Below are positions 15,001 through 22,043 of a stretch of DNA of 64,000 nucleotides, piece by piece. This stretch comes from Posidoniimonas corsicana. Lineage in GTDB: Bacteria; Planctomycetota; Planctomycetia; Pirellulales; Lacipirellulaceae. The stretch spans positions 1,983,311-2,047,310 of the forward strand of contig NZ_SIHJ01000001.1 of NCBI RefSeq assembly GCF_007859765.1. The letters are read 5' to 3'. Every line of letters starts with the position of its first letter. Positions within the stretch are counted from its first letter, which is position 1. The position numbers were made by a program, and so were the translations under genes. The notes beneath the pieces were generated by a model. It ran no database searches and was not told where the DNA came from. It worked only from the letters and a program-made list of their open reading frames with translations.

Positions 15001-18000
15001 CTACGGCGTCAATCTGCACCCCAACTTCGAATTCGAAGGAACGGCGGTCCGTGGCCTTGACGCCTCGCTCGCCGACTCTGCCAACGAACAGGTCACGAAC
15101 TACGAGTACGACGCCGCGGGGCGGCAGACCGCCGTCATCACGCCCGAGGTTGACCACGATCAGGACCCCGCCACCACGCCGTTGCACCTCCGCAGCGAAA
15201 CCACCTACGACAACCTCGGCCGCCGCACCGCCAGCACGACCGGGCTCACCCAGGGCAACCCGCTGGATCCGAGCACCGTTGTTCGCGGCGCGGCCCGCAC
15301 CACAAATTACGAGTACGACGACGCCGGCCGGCTCACTGCGGTGACGCTCCCCACCGTCCTACACCCCACGCTCACCGTAGAACAGGCTCATGGTGAACAC
15401 GCGCGGGGCGATGAATCTGGCAATCCGCTTCCCGTGCCCGTGTTCGGTCGCCCGAGGTACGAATACTCGTACGACGACTACGGCAACCGCAATCAGGTCC
15501 GCGACAACGTCTTCGTGACCGCCGACGGCGTCTTCTACGACCACGACGGCGACGCCGATGACTTCTCCATTGACGCCGACACACAGGTCACCAAGTTCAC
15601 CTTTGACCACCGCGGCGCACAGCTCACCCGCACACTGCCCGAGGGCGTTGAGAACGGCGGGTTCGTCGAAGAGATGCACTACAGCGATGTGGTCCTCGAC
15701 ACATCGTCCGCCACCCCTGCGCCGGTCGTGGCCGGCCAGCTTGAGTTCACGGTCGACTTCGAGGGCCGCGTCACCGCCTACTCGTACGACAACTCGGCGG
15801 CCGGCGGCGGCCGCATGGTTGAGAAGCGGCACTACGAGAGCAGCACTGACTACTCCGGCAACAATGTCAAGGAGACGACTACCTACACCTACGATGAGTT
15901 CGGCCGCGAGCTCACCGTCGCCATCAACCGTTCAGGGGCAACCAGCCTGCCCGATTGGTCGCACACCACGACCAACCAATACGATGACCAGGGCCGACTC
16001 CTCCGCGTGGAGACCGCGCACGATAGCGTCACCACCGCGGTGAACTACGAGTACGATAACCTCGGCCGTCGAGTGCGGACCTACACGGGCGATAAGGCCA
16101 CCGGCGGGATCACCGGCAACCCCAGCTACACACCGGCAGCTAGCGATGACTTGGCGGTCACCGACACCCAGTACGTCTACGACGCGCTTGGCCGGCTAAC
16201 GAGCGTGATCACGCACGAGCGGTTCGATAACCCGCTCGCCACTCCAGAGCAGACCGACTACCAGTACGACCTCGCCGGCAACCTCGCCCGCACCGCCACG
16301 GACGATGTCGTGACCGACTACGCGTACGACGAGCTCAACCGGCTGGTGGACCAGAAGAACTACGTCGACGACGGCGGCACGCCAGGCGAGTTCGACGATG
16401 CCAACGCAGGCTCGCCGGACACGCTGCTGGGCCGCTACCAGTACGGGCTCGACCTAAACGGCAAGCGGACCTCGCTCGACGAGACCGACGCCAACGGCGG
16501 CCACGCCCAGTACGACTGGGTCTTCGACACGCTCGGCCGGCTGGTCGAGGAACGCTTCGACTACGACTCCGACCCGCAGTCTCCTGATCCGAACGACGCG
16601 TACGACTACACCACGAGCTTCACGCACGACCTGGTCGGCAATCGGGTCCAGAAGTCGGTCGACTATCGGAGCAACGGGGCCATTGACGCCGCGTTGGGAG
16701 ATGGATCGGTTGTCTACGACTATGACAAAAACGACCGCCTGCTCAGGGAGCAATCAGGGCATTACGAGTTGGAAGTCTTCGTGGCCGATCAAACTGCGTT
16801 CTACCAGTATGATGGCCCGGCTCCGGGCGTGCTCGATGGCACGGTCCAGACCGCCAAGCGGGTGTACGCCGGCGACAAGACCGATGAACCAAGTCTAAGC
16901 TTGGCAACCAGCACCACTACCTACGAGTACAACCTCCGCGGACGGATTGCGAAGGTGGATCAGGACGGAGTGGTCTACGAATACGAGTACGACGACTCCG
17001 GCTTCCGCGTCGTGCAGTCGGGGCCGAGCGGCAAGGCGATCTACGTCGTCGACGCGAACAACCCGACCGGCTACACGCAGGTGCTGGAGGAGCAAAACGC
17101 GTCGGGCAATGTCACCAAGACCTACACCCTGGGGCACGATGTGCTGGTTCAGGCGGCCGCCGGCGCGGTCTACCGCCTGCTGGCCGACGGCCACGGCAGC
17201 ACCCGCACGCTGCTCAACATCACCGGCGCTGCGCCCGCTGTTTCACAGCTCTACGCGTACACCGCGCACGGCGAGCCGATCGACCTCACCGGCGTTGCGA
17301 ACTACGTCACGGCCGTGGCCAACGCCACGACCTCGCTGCTCTACTCCGGCGAGCAGACCGACCGCACCGGGCAGCAGTACCTGCGGGCGCGGTACTACGA
17401 TCCAAGCGTGGGGCGGTTTAATCGGCTAGACCCGTACGCAGGCAACGCTCAAGACCCTCAAACCCTACACAAGTACCTGTATGCTCATGGCGACCCGGTA
17501 AATCTGCTTGACCCAACTGGTCTAGCAGCAAGCGATTACAACCTTGTCACCGGGACGCTTGCGCACTTGGTCTTTGGATTGATTTTCCCCAAACATGACT
17601 ATGGTGGTGATGTGTACGTTGACACGGCGATCACCCGGCTCGCTCAAGGAGACGTAGTTGGCGCAGCAAGATCTTTGTTTCGCCCCGATGCAGTCGTACA
17701 CGGCGGCCGATTACACGGCTTCTACGAGCTCAAGCCGATTACGCACTCGTCATCTGTCGCACGTGCAGACGCTACGAATGCGCAATTGGCTGCATATGAC
17801 TTGGCGTTTGCGAATAGCAACGTCCGTCGCGGCAATGCACCGCTTTACATTGGAAAAGAGGCCGGGTACGGCGTCGATGGCGGAGCAATCTGGGCTGGTC
17901 GCTGGTATAAGCTCACCTTCTATGCAGCAGGTGCCACGAAGTCTATCGGAGGGGCGCTTTATGACACGCGGGGACTAGTCTACTATTCACTAAAGCAGAT

Positions 18001-18229
18001 ACAGGTCCCAGACCCCACGCTGCTGGTAGTTCCGCAACAAGCGCCAGCGGAATATCGAGAGAATATCCGATTACCCATTCAGTACCACGGATCGTTTGCT
18101 CTTGAGCCCGTTGCCGCAACTGCCACTGCATACACGGCAGGAGTCGTGGGATACTACAAGCTTCGCGCTCGACTTGGAGGTGGAGGATTCAACCTCGGAG
18201 GATTATTCTCTGGCCTTGCTTTTGCTTGA
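8..18229 (+). CDS. Giant RHS/YD-repeat polymorphic toxin, >6073 aa, 5' end truncated by the window edge. N-terminal parallel beta-helix repeats, Ig/cadherin-like DPDGDTLTFS-type domains, a VWA domain (VFALDATGSM), many YD/RHS repeats, and an RHS core ending RYYDPSVGRFNRLDP...DPTGL, followed by a ~236 aa C-terminal toxin domain.
   Basis: Single ORF open to window start with no upstream stop. Repeated YEYDxxGR / YDNLGR motifs across aa ~4200-5800. Canonical RHS-core terminal motif PxxxxDPxGL at nt ~17480-17520. Sequence after that is unrelated. Confidence 0.85.
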   Translation: MYPYSGYDVSVSGVTIADGYVIGDGGGIVNRGNLTLDRVVLRDNRAEESSGSSGGKGGALHNYLGALNVIDSVIEGSKARLGAGFWLDMGHSNTQEVVITGSTFVNNEGVDLRDGTDYTVGGGLVAQNSKSRVLVSNSTFVGNTARYGGALRSHNGANLDIVNTTVTGNHATDQGGGLIGVGSSHVTVQNSIIAQNTSGNGLPDVSFQSGILDQANSTDNLIGVNSGSQFSSSTNLTGVDPLLGTLGDHGGATQTVPLLQGSPAIDAGDDTLASAVGLTTDQRGHLRVIDLGDDGTASSIDIGAFEVQPPPIEIVDFRTENEQLVVDYIVHGVGARPLVLQLAALHDGSLTSLQTDIEITNSALWAGGTTHSFAFTPNFSAAGLDEDYSLSVGVAYTAETLTNSDAKLLVSGLFVELDGTVHLHGSDLDEQVTVTSTQISSPGLLTSPYSYTAGNAVEIRTGGGNDSIAFVALGTASVRGFGGAGDDTLSATQSSQALLDGNDGQDNLAAESTTEPLRGGMGNDVIEISGSGTVQGSYGSDTYRFLANGAQALGSVTIVEPIVTLDVADAGRFAGVDTLDFSQLHYNGTGVNVNLANTASSQNVFDNSNYLSVWLNGGGVESIIGTDYTDALVGDSGANRLDGRGGINFLTGGGGNDTYSLSNQHSGANYYFISDDGGFDFLDFSDWTGELYDFASNPSFAQLDASGNRFIDLQDEYSIEAIVGLDNVDVQGDEPHLTGFGEQLLVNSLGDVSTTAPQEAPPIVAGSLTLREAIEIANADAGPNTIVFDKSVLAASSGVLELLPGSDALAVYDGNTTITGPGEDQLRILRKQDGRHFEVGGGAASTEILGLTLSGGGASDGGSILVGGQLALDAVQLAGNEAERGGAAYIASSGELQYINGVLADNYASIDGGAIWSEGALVLDSTDVVENTAEGVGGGIYSKGMVAGVDSVIAYNDSYHAGGIYQESGLIDLTASEVISNRATGTYGTSGGINLFNVNRAMLKGTRISNNESNFSRGGLGFVVSLGFSSVLDISDTEISGNFAPHVSGGVGIEAYGRVEADISNTTVSGNRSDDGPAGIRFSGFDGDLLLTNVTIAYNESSSAASVGGLAVGTTVGGATLYSTIVVENTSGGVNSNFSGGMSSSSGYNLFGADVQSLNSTDLSTSFPGLLPLDYYGGATQTHALEPSSVAIDHADDLIAPPADQRGAARPANGDGDGAATADIGAYERYSSGVTAFGESFIAYDRRSGPQVIDSTVTLVNADEALVYAASIELLDTLDGFVSEVLEVETPSGVSAAYTGGVLTLTGVATASEYQQALRSVSYANYSAAPTDGLRRVRYSINDGLQSYTSNSIRIGVGLSGAVTLIPIADAHWGFGDTASGDDPEFTLDGGAGEAFLRFHLDQPQPETSGLTGKIRVWVEVPGGGTGTVSLYRVDDDSWGESGINSSSHPTKIGGAIQTLTGLTTGYVEFDVSQYLIDSLDAADDEVSFALVADNTTGSAPVLVSARESSHPDYRPRLMMEGHFYNNQAPSTKNADVVGDWYQGLIPGKVFQPTSKEGVLANDSDPDGSDIVLSVELVDGPRFGSLYLAPNGWFSFRPPKGVSGPVSFTYRVSDGLEWSEPQTVKLQVEKSQLFYLPGIASLSEFEDAEVISAYVDLFVHHSHPKVSGAGDDYLDEYGPLGSPRIMAGINVGELSEEMKRNQVGPHNFYFFPVITAYRRVDVTADVKHYLADPSATHSFHVESWGVEYWGTEADDFLELSEGLNSPISYGGLVSQPVAFYPADVSWEQKPGRSEWLEANSHVLSKVGVGGNVLVVEAIVPRDLTDPDANHDPWFTSERPTTIAVGETLEYVMTATDLDPDTLTFSLPTDKMEWPEGYDPVAAGVLPAFSQNSFDPGDEKAKVTWTAPAELAGEEVVFYEYVYDGEGGWDWRDIRVKVIGENAPPMVTADPDENYNIPPDVTLPPSDANVGSAETLDLELDPGEQVTKEVWVTTTASGVESKIVFALDATGSMTEGFNWLQDNLSVIDAELADAGVGARNYGLVTFAGTVNKHTNPAVGVDWFNADALSTYLADAENSAGTENIPEHTHSLGSEELYAGPYYSEPGYSAIDWIVSDPDSLYSWDLNSETTSSQIILISDEEETSFAIGQDDFLQARTAERERLLGILQNNPDDPTDDILLTSIVAAGVTAEPTHESTPGFITLLGEWSRGAGGLVGQGAGGTDWAFTVVDADADNKQYGPQALNAKINISTDFGESGTNVLLAFDYDPASQQFKYLSLSEPTPGEAEFEIGVATVDLTGQKVDLTPRYTSPLNSGVAPGAHDVTVTFRRVSDSTWADGAAGPIVVSIDGEIFLDESTLDPAIQPLFGANDVLDGFVGIGVLGAEVLVEEFALLGTRDGPRHNPVSTSRYFDFTPGGVSSPALGFDPSGVAYYAGVDGQVEVGQNPSVEWSVSGETAAADYSSDAETDYVNLSLQSGGSVWDYSILRSNTSEDDLGMWGESFANAFVHTVLEQVQQNTNGIFITAPESDGSLVEWSYKELIDNGVAPPTYVFDVTLQGVSDSRVFDLEFHRHSDTGPIGAIPVAITTPYFVDFEAVDPDGPGPYTFSFVPGASDHGARLESSGKDGYINDRLVWESKPADGVYEFFVTVKDGLGVSAQTALKPFRWTVTVDSAPQNLHRPVVRSISPNGGQDLLQPITVSERRGVTFHVDATDADDDTPRYYLADDAPAGMKIDRNSGDIRWIPTRAAAEAGSVTFTVAVTDGNLIEEDGAYVTSRTEHTFTLYVEPLDFGNRTPSLGAIEDRVIRAGDSLVMDTDKIKWTDLDGDTPRFTKIEGPDDLIVDGESGAVFWATDETDAGEFGESYDVTIGIDDGNEGHAQRTFNVVVRPANSAPSLLLPETWVLYGPTGIELPFVAWDKDGETIDVQIISRPDWVNQDLSFSEGVYKIQSDLGSIGTASSNDVIVIQAADGLETVTKSVRVNAGLVTDSPPIFIGKDRIVRPSHRSLEYSFDVLAKSPLQAGDVMLDAEARALGMSLVFSQDSPTYDASLGGYLYSGFKVLWTSEQEGSFDLTLTANDASGDGSHKDVSISVGPAVNLGVPPTLANLSVTGPVAGEMWNWQVEGDDPDGNNNNISFRIVNAPSGTTVKDPGLLDEEGWAGIQNGYVSWSPSAEIDRTVPYRVVIELIDEDGDITRYTLDVIVAPSGNSVGDVFPAKPSTPPDNEGPDVLTDLSGPYYVGQKFDVWLLAEDENSDNFTFALDPTTTSANLGITSEDLSPEGRLLWTPTAAEGSASLGITVTDEFGAARTTVFKFDVHGAPPISPTFTNFTVPDIVSEGMPWTHRITITDDNPAALEVSLSPEMAAAGIELVPPGEANDALNSIANRGENDWYLVWDAPGPVGRQVYIDVAVVDRQAGKQVNYKFKDFSTGLEVPLTVYAQNDPLGANSSRTLTIPALREFRYNLVFPEALASRLSFELTSSLTYSDPFPEEIRIEGSQIVWAPSGHPDWFDYEAVSGQAPASQLFSFDLQATDSEGEYGPFVAAFSLTVVPPDGSAVAPPEIERATPPPAIAPAGSLWAFAPAKVANASQLVDPSWSLDVAPAGVIFNEETGEIKWTPDESQIGEKSKFTLRLEDVIGNADVLTFTVDVTAENRKPIMGGVLPQAWPDGSAMVIPLLLRDPEGRSITAEILEDGGSGAQISGGDTFEWASPAHHVKPYLLTIRVFEDENPHVYSDYDFEVSVSDSFAGNISPTIQGSPEGTPAFIGAAIDTYTFTVIDPDGGSGSYFNVEKVNGQDYLGGAGQAHEHVQIITTPGGTGEFNWTPQEGEEGSNSFQISYFDGSDRVYRTFHLVAEANDAPEIIAPSQLEITEGVELVYDFTATDPEGGPVYYDFGANQPAGMTIDRESGLLRWKAPAHSGTSADTKQVDLILRDKHGRESQYTFDVVVEADTVAPSINFYIEDTSTGKTVQPGGTIDANRSSDYKLWFDIRDNVDPLSDVPWVLKLEDSSTLNETGTLPVYLDDTAGGLISTSFTSGLNQGLLQFTFTAKDKAGATGANEAQQTFTYYVDDPTNGRVGKITSIIDEAITERTEIFGIADYEDANGVGSYSVKLTSLDDPDDFVWIEKDKVANVPAVFTESENPGGFLAAIDPTLIRSGHYRLYLEVKCSQDCIQAIDERIIEIRNDSRLGNLELSFTDLQTTLGGVPVSLVRSYSSALAGEDTSAIAGHFGPGWMLNILEAGVSVSHPRQVTQALSHPLAADSRILVELPDGSIQRFTFSPTALAGGSFLPAFKPDSDTTGSLGLVGQDELRLRLSPNRNDGVYQESVSGGLFTLGSFANSLTLTTRSGVRYLYDATLGQLTAIVDANGRAVSIDRALDSSGLLSQVDVVSLKNPSNSVVVHFSDDGSGGKRITSIVDPDGQSISYDYGEYNQSGTLVDGSFDGLGKVTNRVDDPTVYRYESDQFAHHLTTIVNADGVPAVTAVYYYKGDDLTSPPEQWGRLRSVTDAGQQNAEAAFTLEVRPGLTLTTTTQDGQQVEEVRNSRGDLKRQILRLTPDSATDHKYLVTVFKHDNQGRVTQQSTPIVIDTALPEWDADDRIDYLLPSPEDDLSAWQSLTEYDSEGRVKSTTDATGAVTKYEYDDADRPIKTTGPDLVETHNVYDPYTGNLRETYAYDPETDRRFNHSRFEYSYGRVTATYQVDGDQEKLVSRTSYGDDGQVEWTEDASGVRRYFGYDNVGNQTHSWSSWTNGTESYAVVSVTDYDSEGRVVATHEHELTSQHTDFGSLPTLTVANAPWSTFTTYVNGRVDHTTDRYGAETHYLYDIRGQVVETRSTARNENAVDGWLVTRTLYDEQGRVTFVTDPYFIADPTGVYDATTSSLAWFGTRTTYDHLGRTEKTERWENVPVVVSDVDGHLTTSPSFNFASGTPLSTSSTTYNDLGQVEHTESESNARTDYYYDNAGRQVAVLGPEALVDGVATRHLTISVFDIAGRLKRSVANVAVTGYGVNLHPNFEFEGTAVRGLDASLADSANEQVTNYEYDAAGRQTAVITPEVDHDQDPATTPLHLRSETTYDNLGRRTASTTGLTQGNPLDPSTVVRGAARTTNYEYDDAGRLTAVTLPTVLHPTLTVEQAHGEHARGDESGNPLPVPVFGRPRYEYSYDDYGNRNQVRDNVFVTADGVFYDHDGDADDFSIDADTQVTKFTFDHRGAQLTRTLPEGVENGGFVEEMHYSDVVLDTSSATPAPVVAGQLEFTVDFEGRVTAYSYDNSAAGGGRMVEKRHYESSTDYSGNNVKETTTYTYDEFGRELTVAINRSGATSLPDWSHTTTNQYDDQGRLLRVETAHDSVTTAVNYEYDNLGRRVRTYTGDKATGGITGNPSYTPAASDDLAVTDTQYVYDALGRLTSVITHERFDNPLATPEQTDYQYDLAGNLARTATDDVVTDYAYDELNRLVDQKNYVDDGGTPGEFDDANAGSPDTLLGRYQYGLDLNGKRTSLDETDANGGHAQYDWVFDTLGRLVEERFDYDSDPQSPDPNDAYDYTTSFTHDLVGNRVQKSVDYRSNGAIDAALGDGSVVYDYDKNDRLLREQSGHYELEVFVADQTAFYQYDGPAPGVLDGTVQTAKRVYAGDKTDEPSLSLATSTTTYEYNLRGRIAKVDQDGVVYEYEYDDSGFRVVQSGPSGKAIYVVDANNPTGYTQVLEEQNASGNVTKTYTLGHDVLVQAAAGAVYRLLADGHGSTRTLLNITGAAPAVSQLYAYTAHGEPIDLTGVANYVTAVANATTSLLYSGEQTDRTGQQYLRARYYDPSVGRFNRLDPYAGNAQDPQTLHKYLYAHGDPVNLLDPTGLAASDYNLVTGTLAHLVFGLIFPKHDYGGDVYVDTAITRLAQGDVVGAARSLFRPDAVVHGGRLHGFYELKPITHSSSVARADATNAQLAAYDLAFANSNVRRGNAPLYIGKEAGYGVDGGAIWAGRWYKLTFYAAGATKSIGGALYDTRGLVYYSLKQIQVPDPTLLVVPQQAPAEYRENIRLPIQYHGSFALEPVAATATAYTAGVVGYYKLRARLGGGGFNLGGLFSGLAFA

Positions 18230-18241
18230 TCAACAGTTTCA

Positions 18242-19159
18242 ATGCTTAGACGCTTATCAAAAATCTCGGATAACGAGTCGGTTCCAGTGCTCCTGCAGGG
18301 AGCGTTTCACGCTCATAGCGTGACTGAACATCGCCTGCTAGATCTGGCGAAACAACTTGATGAATTGAGCAAGACTTCTCATCAGCTAACCGAGGCTTTT
18401 GTTGCCCATCAATCCGACAGTGAGGTCAGATTGTTTGTGTCGTGGATTGACGAAGGTTGTGCAGAACAAGTGTTTGATGTGATTGAAAGAGTCTTTCCCG
18501 AGGCAACGGCAGCACACATTGGGGATGATTCGTCTGCGACCAGCCGGACCAATTGCATCACAGCGAGCATGTCCGGCCTTGAGAACTTGGTCGAAGTGAA
18601 CTCGAAGACGATCGGATTTGAGAACGGGCAGTATGAATTTGTTCGTGGTTTTCGCATTGGTCGAGAATGTGTGCGAGTTGGAGAGTTTCGCGCGTTCGTG
18701 GAAGCAACTGGGTACCAAACTACGGCACAGCAGCACGGGGATCAAGAAACATACGAATCAAACAGTGCCATCGATTGCATAGACGAAGAGGAGGTTAACC
18801 GGTCTGTGGTTACGATGGTGAGCAAGGTTGATGCATTAGAGTACTGTAATTGGGCAGGCGTGCGCCTGCCATCAGAAGCGGAGTGGTTAGCTGCTTCTGT
18901 ACTAGACTGGGACCCTCTACCGCCTGGCCAAAGCATTGTCGATGCCCTGAAGAAACTAAGCGAATTCGGCAGGCTAATAAGTTCTGGTCACGCTGAATGG
19001 ACTGCAACATGCTATTCGGTGCCCGGTACTGCGGTTACTAGGTCTGGCCCACGCTACTTCCTTGAGCATGACTGGCGAGATCGCTGTTGGGCCCAGCACT
19101 TTGTCGAAGCTCACTATGACCTCATGCTTTCATTCCGTGTCGTGCATGACAGTTCTTGA
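18242..19159 (+). CDS. FGE-sulfatase (SUMF1/formylglycine-generating-enzyme-like) domain protein. Candidate immunity protein for the upstream RHS toxin.
   Basis: Starts 13 nt after the RHS stop codon. Motifs VRVGEFRAFVEATGY and RLPSEAEWLAA match the FGE-sulfatase fold signature. Confidence 0.45.
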   Translation: MLRRLSKISDNESVPVLLQGAFHAHSVTEHRLLDLAKQLDELSKTSHQLTEAFVAHQSDSEVRLFVSWIDEGCAEQVFDVIERVFPEATAAHIGDDSSATSRTNCITASMSGLENLVEVNSKTIGFENGQYEFVRGFRIGRECVRVGEFRAFVEATGYQTTAQQHGDQETYESNSAIDCIDEEEVNRSVVTMVSKVDALEYCNWAGVRLPSEAEWLAASVLDWDPLPPGQSIVDALKKLSEFGRLISSGHAEWTATCYSVPGTAVTRSGPRYFLEHDWRDRCWAQHFVEAHYDLMLSFRVVHDSS

Positions 19160-19643
19160 TCAGGGATATTCTTGTGGACGGTTGAGATTCATAGTTATGT
19201 GGGGTGGTACTGCACTGACTCGTCTGTACGGGCGTATGTCTGCTTCCCGCAACCTTCTCGCCCACGGGCGGAGACGACATACGAACACGCCCAGCCGCAC
19301 AGCTCACTGGAATGAGTAGCTCGGATCAAATTCGCGGGCCGTCGCCTTGTTGAGAGATGGAACTGTTTTTTTGCTAGCAGGCAATAAGCTCGTTAGCTGT
19401 TCTTTGTGTTTTTCTATTAGTTGGGCTTGCGGGCGATGGTATACGTGATTCGGTGACGTAGCCATAAGCACTACCGTTAGGCTATTGAGCATCGCTACTA
19501 ACAGCGTCTGCTAGCGACTCTCGAAATCACCTTTCTTTCTTGCCTGAAGCAACGCGCGCAGCATAAATTGACAATGCGTATTAGCTGGCTTTGCCGCGCC
19601 TTTACGTCGCGTTACTTTTGAGTTTCAGGAGCCACTTTCTGCA

Positions 19644-20303
19644 ATGGTGTTACAAAAGCAGGCCGACGTGATTCTGCAGGATACCGGCATTGTGGAGATC
19701 CTCCGGAGCTTCGGCACGTCGTTCCTGCACGGCAGCTACGACCTCGACCTGATGGTCTGGCCCGAGCTTGACATCGCGGTTGAGATCCCCGAGTTGGACC
19801 ACCACACGCCGTACGAGCTGATGGCGGCGCTCAGCCGAGTGGTGACGCCCACGGTCGCGATGGTGGTCGACCAGTTTGGGCAAGAGTCGTTATTCCCTAT
19901 GCGAGTGGACGACAGCATCCTCGTCGACTTCCGATTTATCCACGCGGGGGTGGAGTGGAAGCTAGACTTGACCCTGCTAGCCGAACATGGTGAGTGGTCC
20001 GCGTCGGTCTACAACAATCAGATCAAACAGCGATTAACCCCAGAAACACGGAGGATTATCGCCTCCATCAAGGACCTGGCAGTGCAGTCAGGATGCTACC
20101 GGCGAAGCAGGTGGGCCTTCACAGCAGCCGAAGACGCCTTTTGCACGCACGACATCTACAAGGCGGTTTTCGAGTGCGGCGTGACCAACTACGAGCAGTT
20201 CGCTAGCTACCTGAAACTGGAACGTGACATTGACCTAGTGGGCGAGAACAGCCCCGGAGATGAGGATCCGCCGATCTGGTCCAACTTCAGCATCATCACG
20301 TAG
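19644..20303 (+). CDS. Hypothetical protein. Possible nucleotidyltransferase-like GS...DLDL motif.
   Basis: 219 aa ORF with HGSYDLDLMVWPELDIAV, which weakly resembles a nucleotidyltransferase fold. No firm homology recognisable. Confidence 0.3.
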   Translation: MVLQKQADVILQDTGIVEILRSFGTSFLHGSYDLDLMVWPELDIAVEIPELDHHTPYELMAALSRVVTPTVAMVVDQFGQESLFPMRVDDSILVDFRFIHAGVEWKLDLTLLAEHGEWSASVYNNQIKQRLTPETRRIIASIKDLAVQSGCYRRSRWAFTAAEDAFCTHDIYKAVFECGVTNYEQFASYLKLERDIDLVGENSPGDEDPPIWSNFSIIT

Positions 20304-20324
20304 GCCATCGGTTACCCGTGTCCG

Positions 20325-21530
20325 CTAATTGGCAGCCAGACGCTCGATATGTTCTGCGACTCGGTAAGCCGACGCGGCCGCGTCGTAGCCGCTGTACTTC
20401 TCCTGGAATGCGCGGGCGGCCTGCCGGTAGGAAGGCTTCCGCACCAGCGACTTGACCGCGTTGATCAGCCCTACCGGCGACCGTGGGTTGGCTACGATGC
20501 CGGCGCCGAGTTCCGCGATGCGGCAGCCGATCACCGCCTGTTCGGTCGTCATCGGCAGGATCAGCAGCGGGACGCCCCGCCGCAGCAGGTGGGTGAGGCT
20601 GCCGTTGTTGCCGTGCAGCACGGCGAAGTCGCACTCGTCGGCTACCCGGTCAAGGTCGAGCCGGGCAGGGGCCGCCCACAGGTACTCTGACTCGACGCGC
20701 TGAAGTGCAGGATCGCCATCGACCCCGTAGACCGCCAGCCGCAGCCCCATCTTGCAGAACGCCGCCAGCACGGGCGTCAACAGGGGGAACAGGTCCGTGG
20801 GCTTGAGGTAGGCGAACACCCGCGGCCCGTCGCCTGCAGGCCAGGAGGGCGGCGCGCCCCCGGCAGGCGACCACATCCCGTAGTAGTCGCCGTTGGGTCG
20901 CGCGAAGTGATCCAGCTCTTTGAACGTGAGCAGAAACTGGCGGTCCGCCCGTTGGTGAAGATCGCCGATGCAGGCTATCGGGTCTTGGTTGTTGCGATCT
21001 AGGACGGAGTTTACGTTGGCCACCACGACTGAACCGGCCTTGGCGCTCTCGCGCACCGCCTCCGCTGTAGGCAAAAGGAACGAAGGAAGTTGAGCGTTCG
21101 GCGGCGGGCTGAAATAGCCGGTTCCTAGCGTGGCCCGCGGAAAGCCCGCCCCACAGCTGGCGAGCAGCGCGAAGGGAGAGTAGTCGAACACGCCCGCGTC
21201 CGTGGCGACTTCTGCGAAGAGCTCTCGCCACCTACACGTAATCATCCACAGGTACTCAGCATTTCCAAACCCAACTCGAGCGAGCACTTCCGCGAACGTT
21301 GCCGGCCGTTCTTTGTACCGCTCGAGCGTGCGCGAGCGAGCGGGGGGTTGCAGGTATGTAAACCCATCATCTCCGATGATATCTTTGGCCTTCAGCTTGT
21401 CCTTCACCGCCAGAAAGACCGAGTGGCCACGGTCGCGAAGCATTTGAGCAATCGGCGCCAAGTTCACGCAATGCCCCGCACCGCCGCCTAGTTCCCAGGT
21501 CAAAAGATATCTTGCCATGTGGTGTAACAA
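20325..21530 (-). CDS. Glycosyltransferase family 1 (UDP-glycosyltransferase/MGT-like).
   Basis: N-terminal LGGGAGH glycine loop. C-terminal HGNNGSLTHLLRRGVPLLILPMTTEQAVIGCRIAELGAG matches the GT1 UDP-sugar binding signature (HHGG..T..E....G.P....P...DQ). The true start may be the MARYLL methionine a few codons in. Confidence 0.7.
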   Translation of the reverse strand: MLHHMARYLLTWELGGGAGHCVNLAPIAQMLRDRGHSVFLAVKDKLKAKDIIGDDGFTYLQPPARSRTLERYKERPATFAEVLARVGFGNAEYLWMITCRWRELFAEVATDAGVFDYSPFALLASCGAGFPRATLGTGYFSPPPNAQLPSFLLPTAEAVRESAKAGSVVVANVNSVLDRNNQDPIACIGDLHQRADRQFLLTFKELDHFARPNGDYYGMWSPAGGAPPSWPAGDGPRVFAYLKPTDLFPLLTPVLAAFCKMGLRLAVYGVDGDPALQRVESEYLWAAPARLDLDRVADECDFAVLHGNNGSLTHLLRRGVPLLILPMTTEQAVIGCRIAELGAGIVANPRSPVGLINAVKSLVRKPSYRQAARAFQEKYSGYDAAASAYRVAEHIERLAAN

Positions 21531-22043
21531 ACTTGCGGGAATCGACTAATTCTGTCCAGTATACACCAGGGTGTGAGTGGCATTTGAAAAGTGCAGCGCC
21601 CGGCGCCGAGTAGGTGCGGCGCTGGGTGGTTGCGGGGAGGCGACGACCTCGAGGTTTTGAGACAGCCCCCGACTAATCCAAATCTGTCTTGCTAGAACCT
21701 GTTTGATCGCATCGTACACCCTTCTAATTCTCTTCGCAATCACTCGCAAATCCTCGCGAGTTGAAGCAAGTACTCGCACGATTGCGAACGCAAAAAGGGT
21801 AGTAGAAAAACGACCACGTTTAGGCTGCTCTTGAGTATTGCTTTCAATCGCTTGATGCACTGTCAGACGCACGCAGCACACTGACGGTTAATCAGGAATT
21901 GACAAACAGCAAGCCCATCCGCGTTACATGAGAAGAACGTCTCGCGCAACGCATCGTAGGCAGCAAGCATAAGAAGGATTCTGATGCAAAGAAGAAGCAC
22001 CCCGCTAAGAACTAGCGAGGCGCAAAGAAGCAGCTACTTCCGA

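Noticed and set aside
206-18131. Numerous 60-300 aa ORFs on the minus strand and alternate frames overlapping the giant RHS gene (e.g. 206-1120, 5672-6508, 7865-8632).
   Set aside because: High-GC DNA produces long spurious antisense ORFs. All are fully embedded in a coherent 18 kb coding frame with recognisable domains, and none has RBS or domain support.
21546-21881. 111 aa minus-strand ORF downstream of the glycosyltransferase.
   Set aside because: No RBS and no recognisable motif. It lies in what looks like an intergenic or promoter region and is treated as non-coding.
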